Positions 29,661-39,198 of a stretch of DNA of 64,000 nucleotides are shown in pieces. The translations under genes were made by a program, and so were the position numbers. Location: NCBI GenBank assembly GCA_965214835.1, contig CBDCCK010000002.1, positions 928,001 through 992,000 of the forward strand. The letters run 5' to 3'. This DNA comes from Nitrosopumilaceae archaeon. Lineage in GTDB: Archaea; Thermoproteota; Nitrososphaeria; Nitrososphaerales; Nitrosopumilaceae. The notes under the pieces are model-generated. The model was not told the origin of the DNA. It was given only the letters and a program-made list of their open reading frames with translations, and did no database searches. The number at the start of each line of letters is the position of its first letter. The stretch's first letter is position 1.

Positions 29661-30770
29661 TATAGCAACGAGCATAAGTCTTTGAGCCAAAACAAGGTCA
29701 TTCGAAAGGTATAATGATCACGTAACTGGCGCAGTATGTATGACAAAAGAAACAGACATTCTGTCAGAGGCCATGCGCAAAGAAAAGGATGTCAAAGTCT
29801 ACAAGAAGATCATGGCGCTGATGTTTGTGCTAGAAGACGACATGGGCGTACCCGAGACTGCAAGAAAGATCCGGTGCAGTGAGAATTCCGTGCGCAACTG
29901 GCTGGCGAGGTTTTCGGAGGGCGGCATAGACGGTCTCCGGGATCTTCCCCGTTCCGGATGCAGACCAAAGGTGGACAGAGAAAGTATTGCAGCCATAATG
30001 GATCTGTCCACTGCATGCAAAAGTACCGATGTCATGACGGTACGCGATGACATAAGGAATGCCACCGGGATAGAATACAGCATAGAGCATGTCCGAAGAC
30101 TGATGTGCCAGCACGGCCTGTCGCGCCGCAAGGTGCAAAACATACATGTCAACCATGCCACCCCAAGCTCGGTATACTCGTGGCAGCGATACCTTGAAAA
30201 CGTGCGGATTCCGTGCCTGAAAAACGACGGTTTTACGCTGGTGTCATCTGATGAGGCGTTCTTCGTGCAGGGCGCATACGACAGATACGTGTGGGGTCCG
30301 GTCGGCACCAGAAGCGTGGCATCGTATTCGGGGGACCACACAAAGGTGGCCGTGTTTGGAAGCATCGCAGAAGACGGCAGAAGGCTATTCAGGACGTTTA
30401 CGGGATCGTTTACGTCGGTGCAGTTCATAGAATGTCTGGAGGCGCTGCGCATCAAGTTTGGCAAGGTTGCAGTCTTTTGCGATAGGTGGAGTGTGCACAG
30501 ATCTACTGATGTCGCAGAATATCTGGCGGGCCATCCCGACGTCAGACTGATAATGATTCCGAAAGGATCGCCGTACCTCAATATCGTGGAAGAATGCTGG
30601 AACCTGGGCAAACATTTTGTTTTCAGGGGGATAGTGTACAGAAGGATCAGCGAGCTGCGGCACACCATATCCGAATATTATAGGACGGTGTCATTTGCCC
30701 ACCTTTGCATGTACAAGTACATTTACAGATCGCCGGTCAAAGACCTCAATTACTTGTGACCGTTGCTATA
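29661..30770 (+). mobile_element. IS630-family element A
   Basis: TA-TAGCAACG...CGTTGCTA-TA. Confidence 0.85.
29740..30759 (+). CDS. IS630 transposase
   Basis: GIDGLRDLPRSG, SDEAFF, CDRWSVH, SPYLNIVEECW. Confidence 0.9.
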   Translation: MTKETDILSEAMRKEKDVKVYKKIMALMFVLEDDMGVPETARKIRCSENSVRNWLARFSEGGIDGLRDLPRSGCRPKVDRESIAAIMDLSTACKSTDVMTVRDDIRNATGIEYSIEHVRRLMCQHGLSRRKVQNIHVNHATPSSVYSWQRYLENVRIPCLKNDGFTLVSSDEAFFVQGAYDRYVWGPVGTRSVASYSGDHTKVAVFGSIAEDGRRLFRTFTGSFTSVQFIECLEALRIKFGKVAVFCDRWSVHRSTDVAEYLAGHPDVRLIMIPKGSPYLNIVEECWNLGKHFVFRGIVYRRISELRHTISEYYRTVSFAHLCMYKYIYRSPVKDLNYL

Positions 30771-30780
30771 CCATAGTATC

Positions 30781-31873
30781 TATACTGATGACCATTGAAA
30801 ATTTCGCCTGATTGCACGCCTTGTGAAGGTTTATAGATCTCCATCCATGGCCATCCTGACATGAACAAGAAGAAAACCCTCACGGATGCCATGTGTGTCG
30901 AAAAGGATAACAGAGTTTATACCAGAATCATGGCGGTGCGCTCCGTGCTGCTTGGCAACACCACCGCACATACCGCGGAGATTGCCGACGTGACACAGCG
31001 TACAGTACAGATGTGGATCAATAGATTCGAGCTTGACGGCATCGACGGCCTCCGTGACTCCCCTGACAGGGGCAGAAAGCCAAAGGTTCCAGTCAGCAGG
31101 ATAAAAAAGATCGCCACAAAGTTGCGCAGGATGGAAAAGCTCACCCCGAAGAAGCTGTGCAACTGGGTGCGCCGCAGGCTGCATGTCACATACAGCGTGG
31201 GAAGCATCAGAAGAATCCTGCGCACGATGGGATTCTCGCTAAAGACGTCAACCACCAAGCTGGCAGATGCTGCCGACGCAAAGGCGGTAAGACGGTGGCA
31301 GGGGGCGGCAAGAACCGCGATTAAGCTTGCAAAAAGGCGCGGATTTAGGATAACCGTACAGGACGAATCGATATTCGTCAGTACGGGAAGGGACGGCAGA
31401 AAGTTCTGGTCGCCAGTGGGGGACAGGATCGAGGTGCAACGATCCGGCAGAAGGGAGCACGTCGTGGTATACGGAACGATTGCAGACGACGGAACCCGGC
31501 TGATGCGCACGTACGACAAGTTCAACAGTGCAAACTTTGTGCATTATCTCAAGCAGGCGCACAAAAAGTGGGGAAAGGTTCTGATTGTGATGGACAACGC
31601 AGCACAGGACCGGAAAGGTCCGCAGATACCTAAAGAAAAATCCCGACGTTGTCTTGCTGTACCTGCCAGTAGCTAGGCCGGAGCTGAGCGTCATAGAGGC
31701 AGTCTGGAAGGATGCCAAGTACAGGCTGGTTACATCGGCATTTTACGAGACGGTAGATCACCTCAAAAGGGCCGTCTCGGAATACTTTAGGACGTGTTCC
31801 ATCAAGGTTGACATCTACAAGTATCTTGAGCGCAGCGTGTAATCAGGCGAAATTTTCAATGATCATCAGTATA
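30781..31873 (+). mobile_element. IS630-family element B, copy 1
   Basis: TA-TACTGATGAYCATTGAAAATTTCGCCTGATT inverted repeats. Confidence 0.9.
30861..31842 (+). pseudogene. IS630 transposase, frameshifted
   Basis: Matches 33887..34873 except for loss of one 5-bp unit (GCAGCACAGCACAGG to GCAGCACAGG) near 31605. Confidence 0.88.
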
Positions 31874-32025
31874 GGATGCCGATAATGGATCATCCCAGCA
31901 AATTCCAATCCTGCAATGACTGGTCACAAATGTCTGATGCTCAGCCATGTCTGCAGGGGCATTTGATCATAAGATGCTGCCCAGAAAAATTGGCTTGTCA
32001 GTATAAAAAGGACCTGATGTTGTAC
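31874..32025 (-). mobile_element. truncated left end of the 18921-type IS66-like element
   Basis: Reverse complement of about 18921-19040 including the TIR. Confidence 0.8.
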
Positions 32026-32548
32026 CATATTTTTGACATATCGTGCCTATTTTGATAAAAAATGTCCAGATTTCAACTGTGCGCACTACACATACTCCGG
32101 GAAGCCAAGGACGCCGGCAGGACCTCCCGGCAGGCCCACGCGTCGTATGTTGCACTCAGGAAAAAGTTCATTCATGCCAAGGGGCCGGGGCCACCGGAGG
32201 GGGGCGCCGCCCAACACGACATACTAGTAGCCGAGACGCGCGCGCTGGCTGCGGCATTCAGGGAGGCAGGCTGCGAGAGCTTTGCCACAAAGCTTGAGAA
32301 CGCCTCAGAATTTCTCTACACGTTCATACTGTATCCTGGAATGGAGTCCACCAGCAACCTGGCCGAGCGCATACTGAGGCCGTCCGTAATTGCGCGCAAG
32401 ATATTCCAGGGGCTCTACCGAGGAGGGCATGGAGATGTTCGCCGTACTGATGACGTGTACGATGAACTGGCGCGCCCAAGGTTGCAGCGTTAGTGAAATG
32501 GTCGCCAAGACCCTGACCGGAAACGCCGCCTGAGAGGTGAACTCATAC
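32026..32548 (+). pseudogene. C-terminal remnant of an IS66-like transposase with right TIR
   Basis: QLCALHILREAK, STSNLAERILRPSVIARKI; end GTGAACTCATAC. Confidence 0.8.
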
Positions 32549-32704
32549 GTTCGTGATTCTGAAAGCTCAGGCGTGGTGGCGGTTTCGGTTCCAAAATGGA
32601 TGATGTCCCGGATACAAATCGTGCCCAGAATCGCAAACCACCTCGCAGACACGATCTGTTACCAGTTCAACAACTTTAAGTAATATGTTGTATTCATACA
32701 ACAT

Positions 32705-33316
32705 ATGTTGGATAAATACAACATAACACAAACCACCTTAAAACTAGTGGAGCTTTATGCCAATGATTACACAAAAGCATTGCACCTACGGGAGATAGCA
32801 AGAGAGACTAGAGTAGATGTAAAGGCCATACATCTGCAGCTCAGAAAACTAGAGAGGATCAGCATTCTTTCAAGCACGACTAGAGGACGAAACAAGGAAT
32901 ACTCTCTGAACCTTGACAACATAGTTACAAGATATTATTTGATCATGTCAGAGATCTTTGCGGCCGTTATTTATCTTGAAAAAAACTTTCTGATAAGGAA
33001 GATAATCCACGAGGTCGAGGATAAGATTGACGGTCCTATCATTTTGTTTGGCAGTTTTGTAGGTGATAGACATGTCAAGGAGAGCGATGTTGACATGTTC
33101 GTCATTAGTGAAAAAAAGATTGATAGGCGCATCGTATTGGAAACTGCACGCCGGATAAACCATGACATAAACATAAGATCCACAAGCGGAGCCAAGTTTT
33201 TGAGCGGCCTAAGAGGCGATGATCCCCTAGTAAAAGAAGTTCTCACCAATCACATAGTCCTAAAAGGAGCAGACAGGTTTTGCGATATAGTATGGAGGTA
33301 TTATGCAGCCAAATGA
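32705..33316 (+). CDS. wHTH plus minimal nucleotidyltransferase (MNT) antitoxin
   Basis: LHLREIARET HTH; ILFGSF...ESDVDMFVI. Confidence 0.88.
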   Translation: MLDKYNITQTTLKLVELYANDYTKALHLREIARETRVDVKAIHLQLRKLERISILSSTTRGRNKEYSLNLDNIVTRYYLIMSEIFAAVIYLEKNFLIRKIIHEVEDKIDGPIILFGSFVGDRHVKESDVDMFVISEKKIDRRIVLETARRINHDINIRSTSGAKFLSGLRGDDPLVKEVLTNHIVLKGADRFCDIVWRYYAAK

Positions 33317-33788
33317 AAAATACCTAAAATGGTGTGCAAAGCAAAGCAAGGGCATCAGGATCGTCAAGGAGTCAAAAAACCTACAGAAGGCATATCTGAA
33401 AAAATCAGAAAATGCCCTAAAATCGATGGAGGTCAATGCAAGAGAAGGTATTGATGAATGGGCAATTTCAGCTAGTTACTATGCAAAATATTTTGCCATC
33501 TATGCACTATTGTCAAGAATAGGCATAAAATGCGAGATACATGACTGTACAATAGTTTTATTTGGTTATCTGTTTTCAGAGGAAATCGCACCTTCAGTCA
33601 TGGGTGACCTTAGGCAATCAAAAGAGGACAGAGTGGAGGCGCAATATTACAGTACAGTCGAGCAGATAGATTCAAAAGAATTGATTGCCAAAACCAAGGA
33701 CTTTGTTCTCAAGATGGAGGAAATAATTGACGGACTAAGCACGCAAAAGATTACATCCCTACAAAGAAAACTTGTGTCTGCATTGTAG
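33303..33788 (+). CDS. HEPN domain toxin
   Basis: WAISASYYAKYFAIYALL..GIKCEIHDC..DRVEAQYY; overlaps the MNT gene. Confidence 0.85.
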   Translation: MQPNEKYLKWCAKQSKGIRIVKESKNLQKAYLKKSENALKSMEVNAREGIDEWAISASYYAKYFAIYALLSRIGIKCEIHDCTIVLFGYLFSEEIAPSVMGDLRQSKEDRVEAQYYSTVEQIDSKELIAKTKDFVLKMEEIIDGLSTQKITSLQRKLVSAL

Positions 33789-33855
33789 TTTTTCTATTCA
33801 GTTTTGTAATAGCAGCTAAGCGAAATGTGAACCGGAAGGACCATAGTATCTATCC

Positions 33856-34953
33856 TATACTGATGATCATTGAAAATTTCGCCTGATTACACGCTGCGCT
33901 CAAGATACTTGTAGATGTCAACCTTGATGGAACACGTCCTAAAGTATTCCGAGACGGCCCTTTTGAGGTGATCTACCGTCTCGTAAAATGCCGATGTAAC
34001 CAGCCTGTACTTGGCATCCTTCCAGACTGCCTCTATGACGCTCAGCTCCGGCCTAGCTACTGGCAGGTACAGCAAGACAACGTCGGGATTTTTCTTTAGG
34101 TATCTGCGGACCTTTCCGGTCCTGTGCTGTGCTGCGTTGTCCATCACAATCAGAACCTTTCCCCACTTTTTGTGCGCCTGCTTGAGATAATGCACAAAGT
34201 TTGCACTGTTGAACTTGTCGTACGTGCGCATCAGCCGGGTTCCGTCGTCTGCAATCGTTCCGTATACCACGACGTGCTCCCTTCTGCCGGATCGTTGCAC
34301 CTCGATCCTGTCCCCCACTGGCGACCAGAACTTTCTGCCGTCCCTTCCCGTACTGACGAATATCGATTCGTCCTGTACGGTTATCCTAAATCCGCGCCTT
34401 TTTGCAAGCTTAATCGCGGTTCTTGCCGCCCCCTGCCACCGTCTTACCGCCTTTGCGTCGGCAGCATCTGCCAGCTTGGTGGTTGACGTCTTTAGCGAGA
34501 ATCCCATCGTGCGCAGGATTCTTCTGATGCTTCCCACGCTGTATGTGACATGCAGCCTGCGGCGCACCCAGTTGCACAGCTTCTTCGGGGTGAGCTTTTC
34601 CATCCTGCGCAACTTTGTGGCGATCTTTTTTATCCTGCTGACTGGAACCTTTGGCTTTCTGCCCCTGTCAGGGGAGTCACGGAGGCCGTCGATGCCGTCA
34701 AGCTCGAATCTATTGATCCACATCTGTACTGTACGCTGTGTCACGTCGGCAATCTCCGCGGTATGTGCGGTGGTGTTGCCAAGCAGCACGGAGCGCACCG
34801 CCATGATTCTGGTATAAACTCTGTTATCCTTTTCGACACACATGGCATCCGTGAGGGTTTTCTTCTTGTTCATGTCAGGATGGCCATGGATGGAGATCTA
34901 TAAACCTTCACAAGGCGTGCAATCAGGCGAAATTTTCAATGATCATCAGTATA
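33856..34953 (-). mobile_element. IS630-family element B, copy 2 (intact, inverted)
   Basis: Same TIRs, TA target. Confidence 0.9.
33887..34873 (-). CDS. IS630 transposase
   Basis: QDES, MDNAAQH, RPELSVIEAVW. Confidence 0.92.
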   Translation of the reverse strand: MNKKKTLTDAMCVEKDNRVYTRIMAVRSVLLGNTTAHTAEIADVTQRTVQMWINRFELDGIDGLRDSPDRGRKPKVPVSRIKKIATKLRRMEKLTPKKLCNWVRRRLHVTYSVGSIRRILRTMGFSLKTSTTKLADAADAKAVRRWQGAARTAIKLAKRRGFRITVQDESIFVSTGRDGRKFWSPVGDRIEVQRSGRREHVVVYGTIADDGTRLMRTYDKFNSANFVHYLKQAHKKWGKVLIVMDNAAQHRTGKVRRYLKKNPDVVLLYLPVARPELSVIEAVWKDAKYRLVTSAFYETVDHLKRAVSEYFRTCSIKVDIYKYLERSV

Positions 34954-35027
34954 GTCAACAGGGGGACGTAACCTCCCATATCAAACGGTGCTGATTCCCT
35001 GCACGGGCCACTGCGAGTGTGCGTTTT

Positions 35028-36123
35028 TCAGTCAGACGCATTCACTAGGCATTCCATCGCTTTATACTTTCTCTGCGTGAGCTCCTTGTTCTGCGTGCGG
35101 TATTCCGTTTCATTGGTCAGCATGTGCCAGATCACCTTTGCAAGCGTTCTGGCCACGGCCACCTTGGCCTTTTGCCTTCCCCTGCGCTTGGCTATTCTAC
35201 TGTACCTTTCACCCATCCTGCTATCGTGCTGCACCGCTACGGTAGCTGCGTTGACAATGGCGTATCGCAGCCATGCAGAGCCGGTCTTGGTTATTGATCC
35301 TCCCCGTACGGTCTCGCCGCTGTTGCGGTGTGACGATATCAGGCCCGCGTATGATGCAAGCTTTTCTGCGGTGGGAAATCTTTGTATGTCTACTATTTCA
35401 GATATTATGGCAAGTGCGATCACGTGGCTTATTCCGGGAACCGTCATCAGGAGCTTGGTTCTGGGATCGTCTCTGCAGATGGTTGCAATCTTGCGCTCAA
35501 ATCCTGCTGCCTGCTGCTGCGTCACTTCAATCCTGTCCAGTCCCGTGCCTATCATCATTTTATCCATCTCCGAGATGTCAGTCCCCGTCGTCCCTGCAGA
35601 GCTCATGCATCCATTGGATTCCCTGTACGGTAAACTTGCCCTTGGTGGGCGGCCTTGCCACATACTTTGCAAGTATTGCAGTTATCTTGTTCTTTTCGGC
35701 TGTTCCCAGGCGTACTGCGTCGATCCTGGCCCTTGAGAGGCCGCGCAGGTCCCTATAGTACCTGTCAGGCACGAACGACTCGTACACCATGTCCATCCTG
35801 AGCAGATCTGCCAGTACCTCCGAGTCTACTTTATCATCCTTTAGCCTTGCCTGCGCTATGGCCCGGGTCTTGGCAGGATGCGCCAGCAGTGTGTCTATTT
35901 GCTTATCCTCAAGCATGTCATGCAGCAGGATCCAGTAGTTCCCCGTTGCCTCACAGACTGCACGGATCTCGTGTCCTGCATATTTCTCGTTGATCCGTCC
36001 GACAAATTTTCTTATTCCGTCGGCCGTGTTGGAAAACTCCGTCTGTTCCAGAATCTTTGCAGTATCGTCCTTGATGGTTGCTACGCACGTCTTTTTATGA
36101 ACGTCTATTCCGATGTTGATCAT
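35028..36123 (-). pseudogene. IS110 DEDD recombinase with a single-base frameshift in the C4 run at 35583-86
   Basis: IGIDVHK, VCEATG, KDDKVDS; VPGIS, LASYAGL, NSG, GSITKTG; AGGAGGTGA RBS. Confidence 0.9.
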
Positions 36124-36149
36124 TGTATCACCTCCTTGTTGATCAAAGT

Positions 36150-36292
36150 GTGTGTGCCCAACTGAACGGAAAACTCCCATTCGCCCTCGATGTGGCATTT
36201 TGTTGTCCGCCTACTCTGAGCCAGTCTCATACACGCCCTCATACGTGGCAAGGTTACTTCGGCTCTTGGGCCCAACATGGAATATATGGCAT
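36150..36292 (-). ncRNA. putative IS110 bridge RNA
   Basis: GCCCAA/TTGGGC basal stem enclosing two internal-loop hairpins; guides GAAGTAACCT and TGTATGAG match the target, ATGGGAG matches the donor; exact RNA ends are inferred. Confidence 0.8.
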
Positions 36293-36327
36293 CCGCTACA
36301 GATAAGATTTGATATAACGTCTCATAC

Positions 36328-36831
36328 AATACTTTAGTAGAAAAGGTCTTGAATGGCTTAATGATTCACTAGAGGATAACAAAGTTAAAACGGCAAAAAT
36401 TCTTGCAGCTAACAACAGAAAGCGGCCCAAATTAATTAACCGCCTAAGGAAGTAACAGCTCGGGCTCTGGAAGTTCAGGCATGAATTTTATCGCCAAAGG
36501 GATCTTCGCAGATGTAATTTGTGTCTAAAATCATAAATCACTTCCAGAGCCCGAGCTGGTACCTAAGGAATCATTTCAAGAAATTTAGAAGTGAAAACAA
36601 AGAAAAAGGAATTTTATGTGAATTAAGAGTGATAATTGATGGCAAACTAGCTTCTAACATTCACGATAGGTGGATAATTACAAAAACACCACCTTCAATG
36701 TACCTTCTACCGATGTTATCGCACGCGGACAATATTCAGAAATAAAAAGAGATGCCAATCGGCCTGATTTTGAATCATGGTGGAACCGATCAGTAGACAT
36801 TTTGGATAAATATAATGAAATCAGTAGATGA
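36328..36831 (+). pseudogene. C-terminal fragment of an AT-rich PLD-like (HDR motif) protein
   Basis: YFSRKGLEWL..RLRNHFKKF..IHDRWIITK/NVPSTDVIARGQYSEI..FESWW; MITE insertion plus A-run frameshift. Confidence 0.7.
36452..36562. mobile_element. 111-bp IS66-type MITE
   Basis: 22/23-bp TIR GTAACAGCTCGGGCTCTGGAAGT; 8-bp duplication CTAAGGAA. Confidence 0.92.
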
Positions 36832-36982
36832 GAGAATATGTAAAAAAGGCCATCCAAGATAACAGGCCTTTGTATCTACCAGTGTTATCAAGATAGTCTA
36901 AATTCCTTGATTTTCTACCTAACTGGGGTGCTTTTCACTTAGTCGAGATCCGACGAAAGGTTTAAAGCTTCACGGGCGATCT

Positions 36983-38398
36983 TTGATTGTGGCAGGGACA
37001 AAGTATGTCGTCAATGACATTGTCAGAAAAGACAGCAGGGACCTGTCCAAATTCATCAAGCCGGAAAGCGTTGCCCTGACAGTCACCTCCCCCCCGTACA
37101 GGAACGCAATCAACTACTCCCAGCATGTCAGGAATGCAGGGAGCAGGCAGGATGCCAGATTCCGGGGTGATGTGGGCCTGACCACTCGCGAATACCTCGA
37201 CGAGATGGAGCAAATCTTCTCGGAGGTCTACAAGGTGACGATTCCGGGTGGTTTCTGCTGCATAGTAATTGGCGACGAGGTAGATAACGGGAGGCTGGTC
37301 CCCCTCCCGAGCCACCTGATCTCACGGCTGGTAAAGGAGGCAGGCAGCGATGACGGATGGAGGCTGAGAGACGTCATAGTGTGGAACAAAGTGACTGCAG
37401 GCAGAAACGGGGCAGGAAACAGGTTTGGAATTTTCATCCAGAACCCGCTGCCCAGCTACTATAGGAGCAACATCATGCACGAGTACATCATTGTGCTCGA
37501 AAAGGGCCCGCAGAGGCGCGAGATTGACAAGCCAAGTACAAAGAAAATCCCCCTCAACAGGGCGATGAAAAGACAGGTCTCACTGTCTGTCTGGGACCTG
37601 CCCGTAGAGGAGGCAGTAAAATCCGAGTCAGGAAAATCAGTATGGGATATCACGCCCGTTCCGCCCAGGGTAATTGACCATCCGGCGGTGTTTCCCGAAC
37701 AGATTCCATGGAGGCTGATCAGCCTTTATTCAAGGGAGGGAGACGTGGTCCTGGATCCCATGAACGGCAGCGGGCAGACGACCAAGGTGGCACATCATCT
37801 CAACCGGGGTTTTATCGGCGTTGACAAAAGACTGCCTTATGTCAGACTGGCCAAAAAGCGCCTCGGGGAGCCATTCATGCTGTCAAACTTTATGATCCCA
37901 GTCTACCTGCCAATCAGCTGGTCTGACAGCGAGGAGTCTGGCAAGAAGGAGGACGCCCACCTGGACATTTCCGGGGTTCCAAGGGGATTCAAGTTCGTTT
38001 TCTCAAAGCAGTATGCAAGGGAGGTCCTGGGGGTGCGGGGAAACTATCTGTATTACAAAAACAAGGATGGCAGATGGATCTGCTACATAATGGCAAGGAG
38101 CAGCCGGCCAACAAGAATCAACATGGGGAGCCTCGCAGATCCAAAATCCCCGTTGAGTGTGGTACTGAACGCGATACCGGCCAAGCGCTTCCACAGGGCC
38201 CAGCTGAGTGAGATGCTGCCTCCAAGACTGGTGGAAAACAGACAGCCGATTGGGGCAGTCATTGACGTCTTGGAGCATGAGGGATTCCTAAAAAATACAG
38301 GCGGGAAGGGGGCAGGCCAGGTCTATGAGCTGGCCGTCCCCGGAAAACACAAGACCGCCCTCTCTCAAGCAAAGCCCGCAAAAAGGAAAAAGCGATGA
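36983..38398 (+). CDS. beta-class amino (probably N4-C) DNA methyltransferase with a C-terminal extension
   Basis: VTSPPY precedes HPAVFP and VLDPMNGSGQT. Confidence 0.9.
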   Translation: MIVAGTKYVVNDIVRKDSRDLSKFIKPESVALTVTSPPYRNAINYSQHVRNAGSRQDARFRGDVGLTTREYLDEMEQIFSEVYKVTIPGGFCCIVIGDEVDNGRLVPLPSHLISRLVKEAGSDDGWRLRDVIVWNKVTAGRNGAGNRFGIFIQNPLPSYYRSNIMHEYIIVLEKGPQRREIDKPSTKKIPLNRAMKRQVSLSVWDLPVEEAVKSESGKSVWDITPVPPRVIDHPAVFPEQIPWRLISLYSREGDVVLDPMNGSGQTTKVAHHLNRGFIGVDKRLPYVRLAKKRLGEPFMLSNFMIPVYLPISWSDSEESGKKEDAHLDISGVPRGFKFVFSKQYAREVLGVRGNYLYYKNKDGRWICYIMARSSRPTRINMGSLADPKSPLSVVLNAIPAKRFHRAQLSEMLPPRLVENRQPIGAVIDVLEHEGFLKNTGGKGAGQVYELAVPGKHKTALSQAKPAKRKKR

Positions 38399-38567
38399 AA
38401 TGACAGTATATGGGGCCACGTCCTTGGAGGCTCGGCCTGTGCAAGGACATGGGGTGGAACCTCAAGGTGCAAGACAGGGCGAGCCGCAAGGATCAGCGTG
38501 CCGGTGGAGGCGGATCGGAGTGAGCTGGGCAGCAACGCCCGCCGGCACTACAACTCCACGCCGGAAA

Positions 38568-39128
38568 TCAGTCCAGGATTTTTCTGGGCTTGGTACTCAG
38601 ATAGAACGCATGTCCGCTGATTATGCTCCCCATCAGAAATATCTTGGTGGCAAAGATCAGGTTCCACGGCCTGTCCGGATCAGGATATGCAATCGCCAGC
38701 CTGTCGATATCTGGAACCATGCCGTTTACAGTTCCCGCAGCTATCTGCGCGTTTAGGACGGTAAAATTCCACAACACCTCATAGGAGCAGATTACCGTGA
38801 ATCCCAGCAACATCAACTGTAGCAGGGACATCTTGATCCCACCGAGCTGCTTTGACGTTGTCTTCTTCCAGCCTATCCTGCTGCAGCAGTACCAGCCGAT
38901 TATTGCCGCAAAAAACAGCCACGTGGTCAGCTTTGCAAAGTTGTCAAACGGAACGTGGGCCGTGACCAGGGCCTCGCCCATCACATAGGTCCCGTTTTCC
39001 TCCCATTCTGACATCATCGCATAGACCCCATAGGCTACTATGGACACCATGATGAGTCCGCACAGGTAGAAGACATACAGAAAGACCCTGTATCCCCTGT
39101 CCGTCTTCTCCAGGTGCCGCCGCTCCAT
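38568..39128 (-). CDS. membrane protein
   Basis: Four hydrophobic segments from MERRHLE. Confidence 0.75.
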   Translation of the reverse strand: MERRHLEKTDRGYRVFLYVFYLCGLIMVSIVAYGVYAMMSEWEENGTYVMGEALVTAHVPFDNFAKLTTWLFFAAIIGWYCCSRIGWKKTTSKQLGGIKMSLLQLMLLGFTVICSYEVLWNFTVLNAQIAAGTVNGMVPDIDRLAIAYPDPDRPWNLIFATKIFLMGSIISGHAFYLSTKPRKILD

Positions 39129-39198
39129 GATTGGGTAACCGACTTTTTTGTAATATAAAAACTCAGTGTGACTTTTAACTCTCCGTGCACAAGGCCCA

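Larger units (their letters stand above)
34973..36322 (-). mobile_element. IS110-family element inserted into an IS66-type TIR
   Basis: CT core at both junctions (34973-74 and 36321-22); flanks rejoin to GTAAC-CT-CATAC; subterminal IR ATATCAAA/TTTGATAT. Confidence 0.88.
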
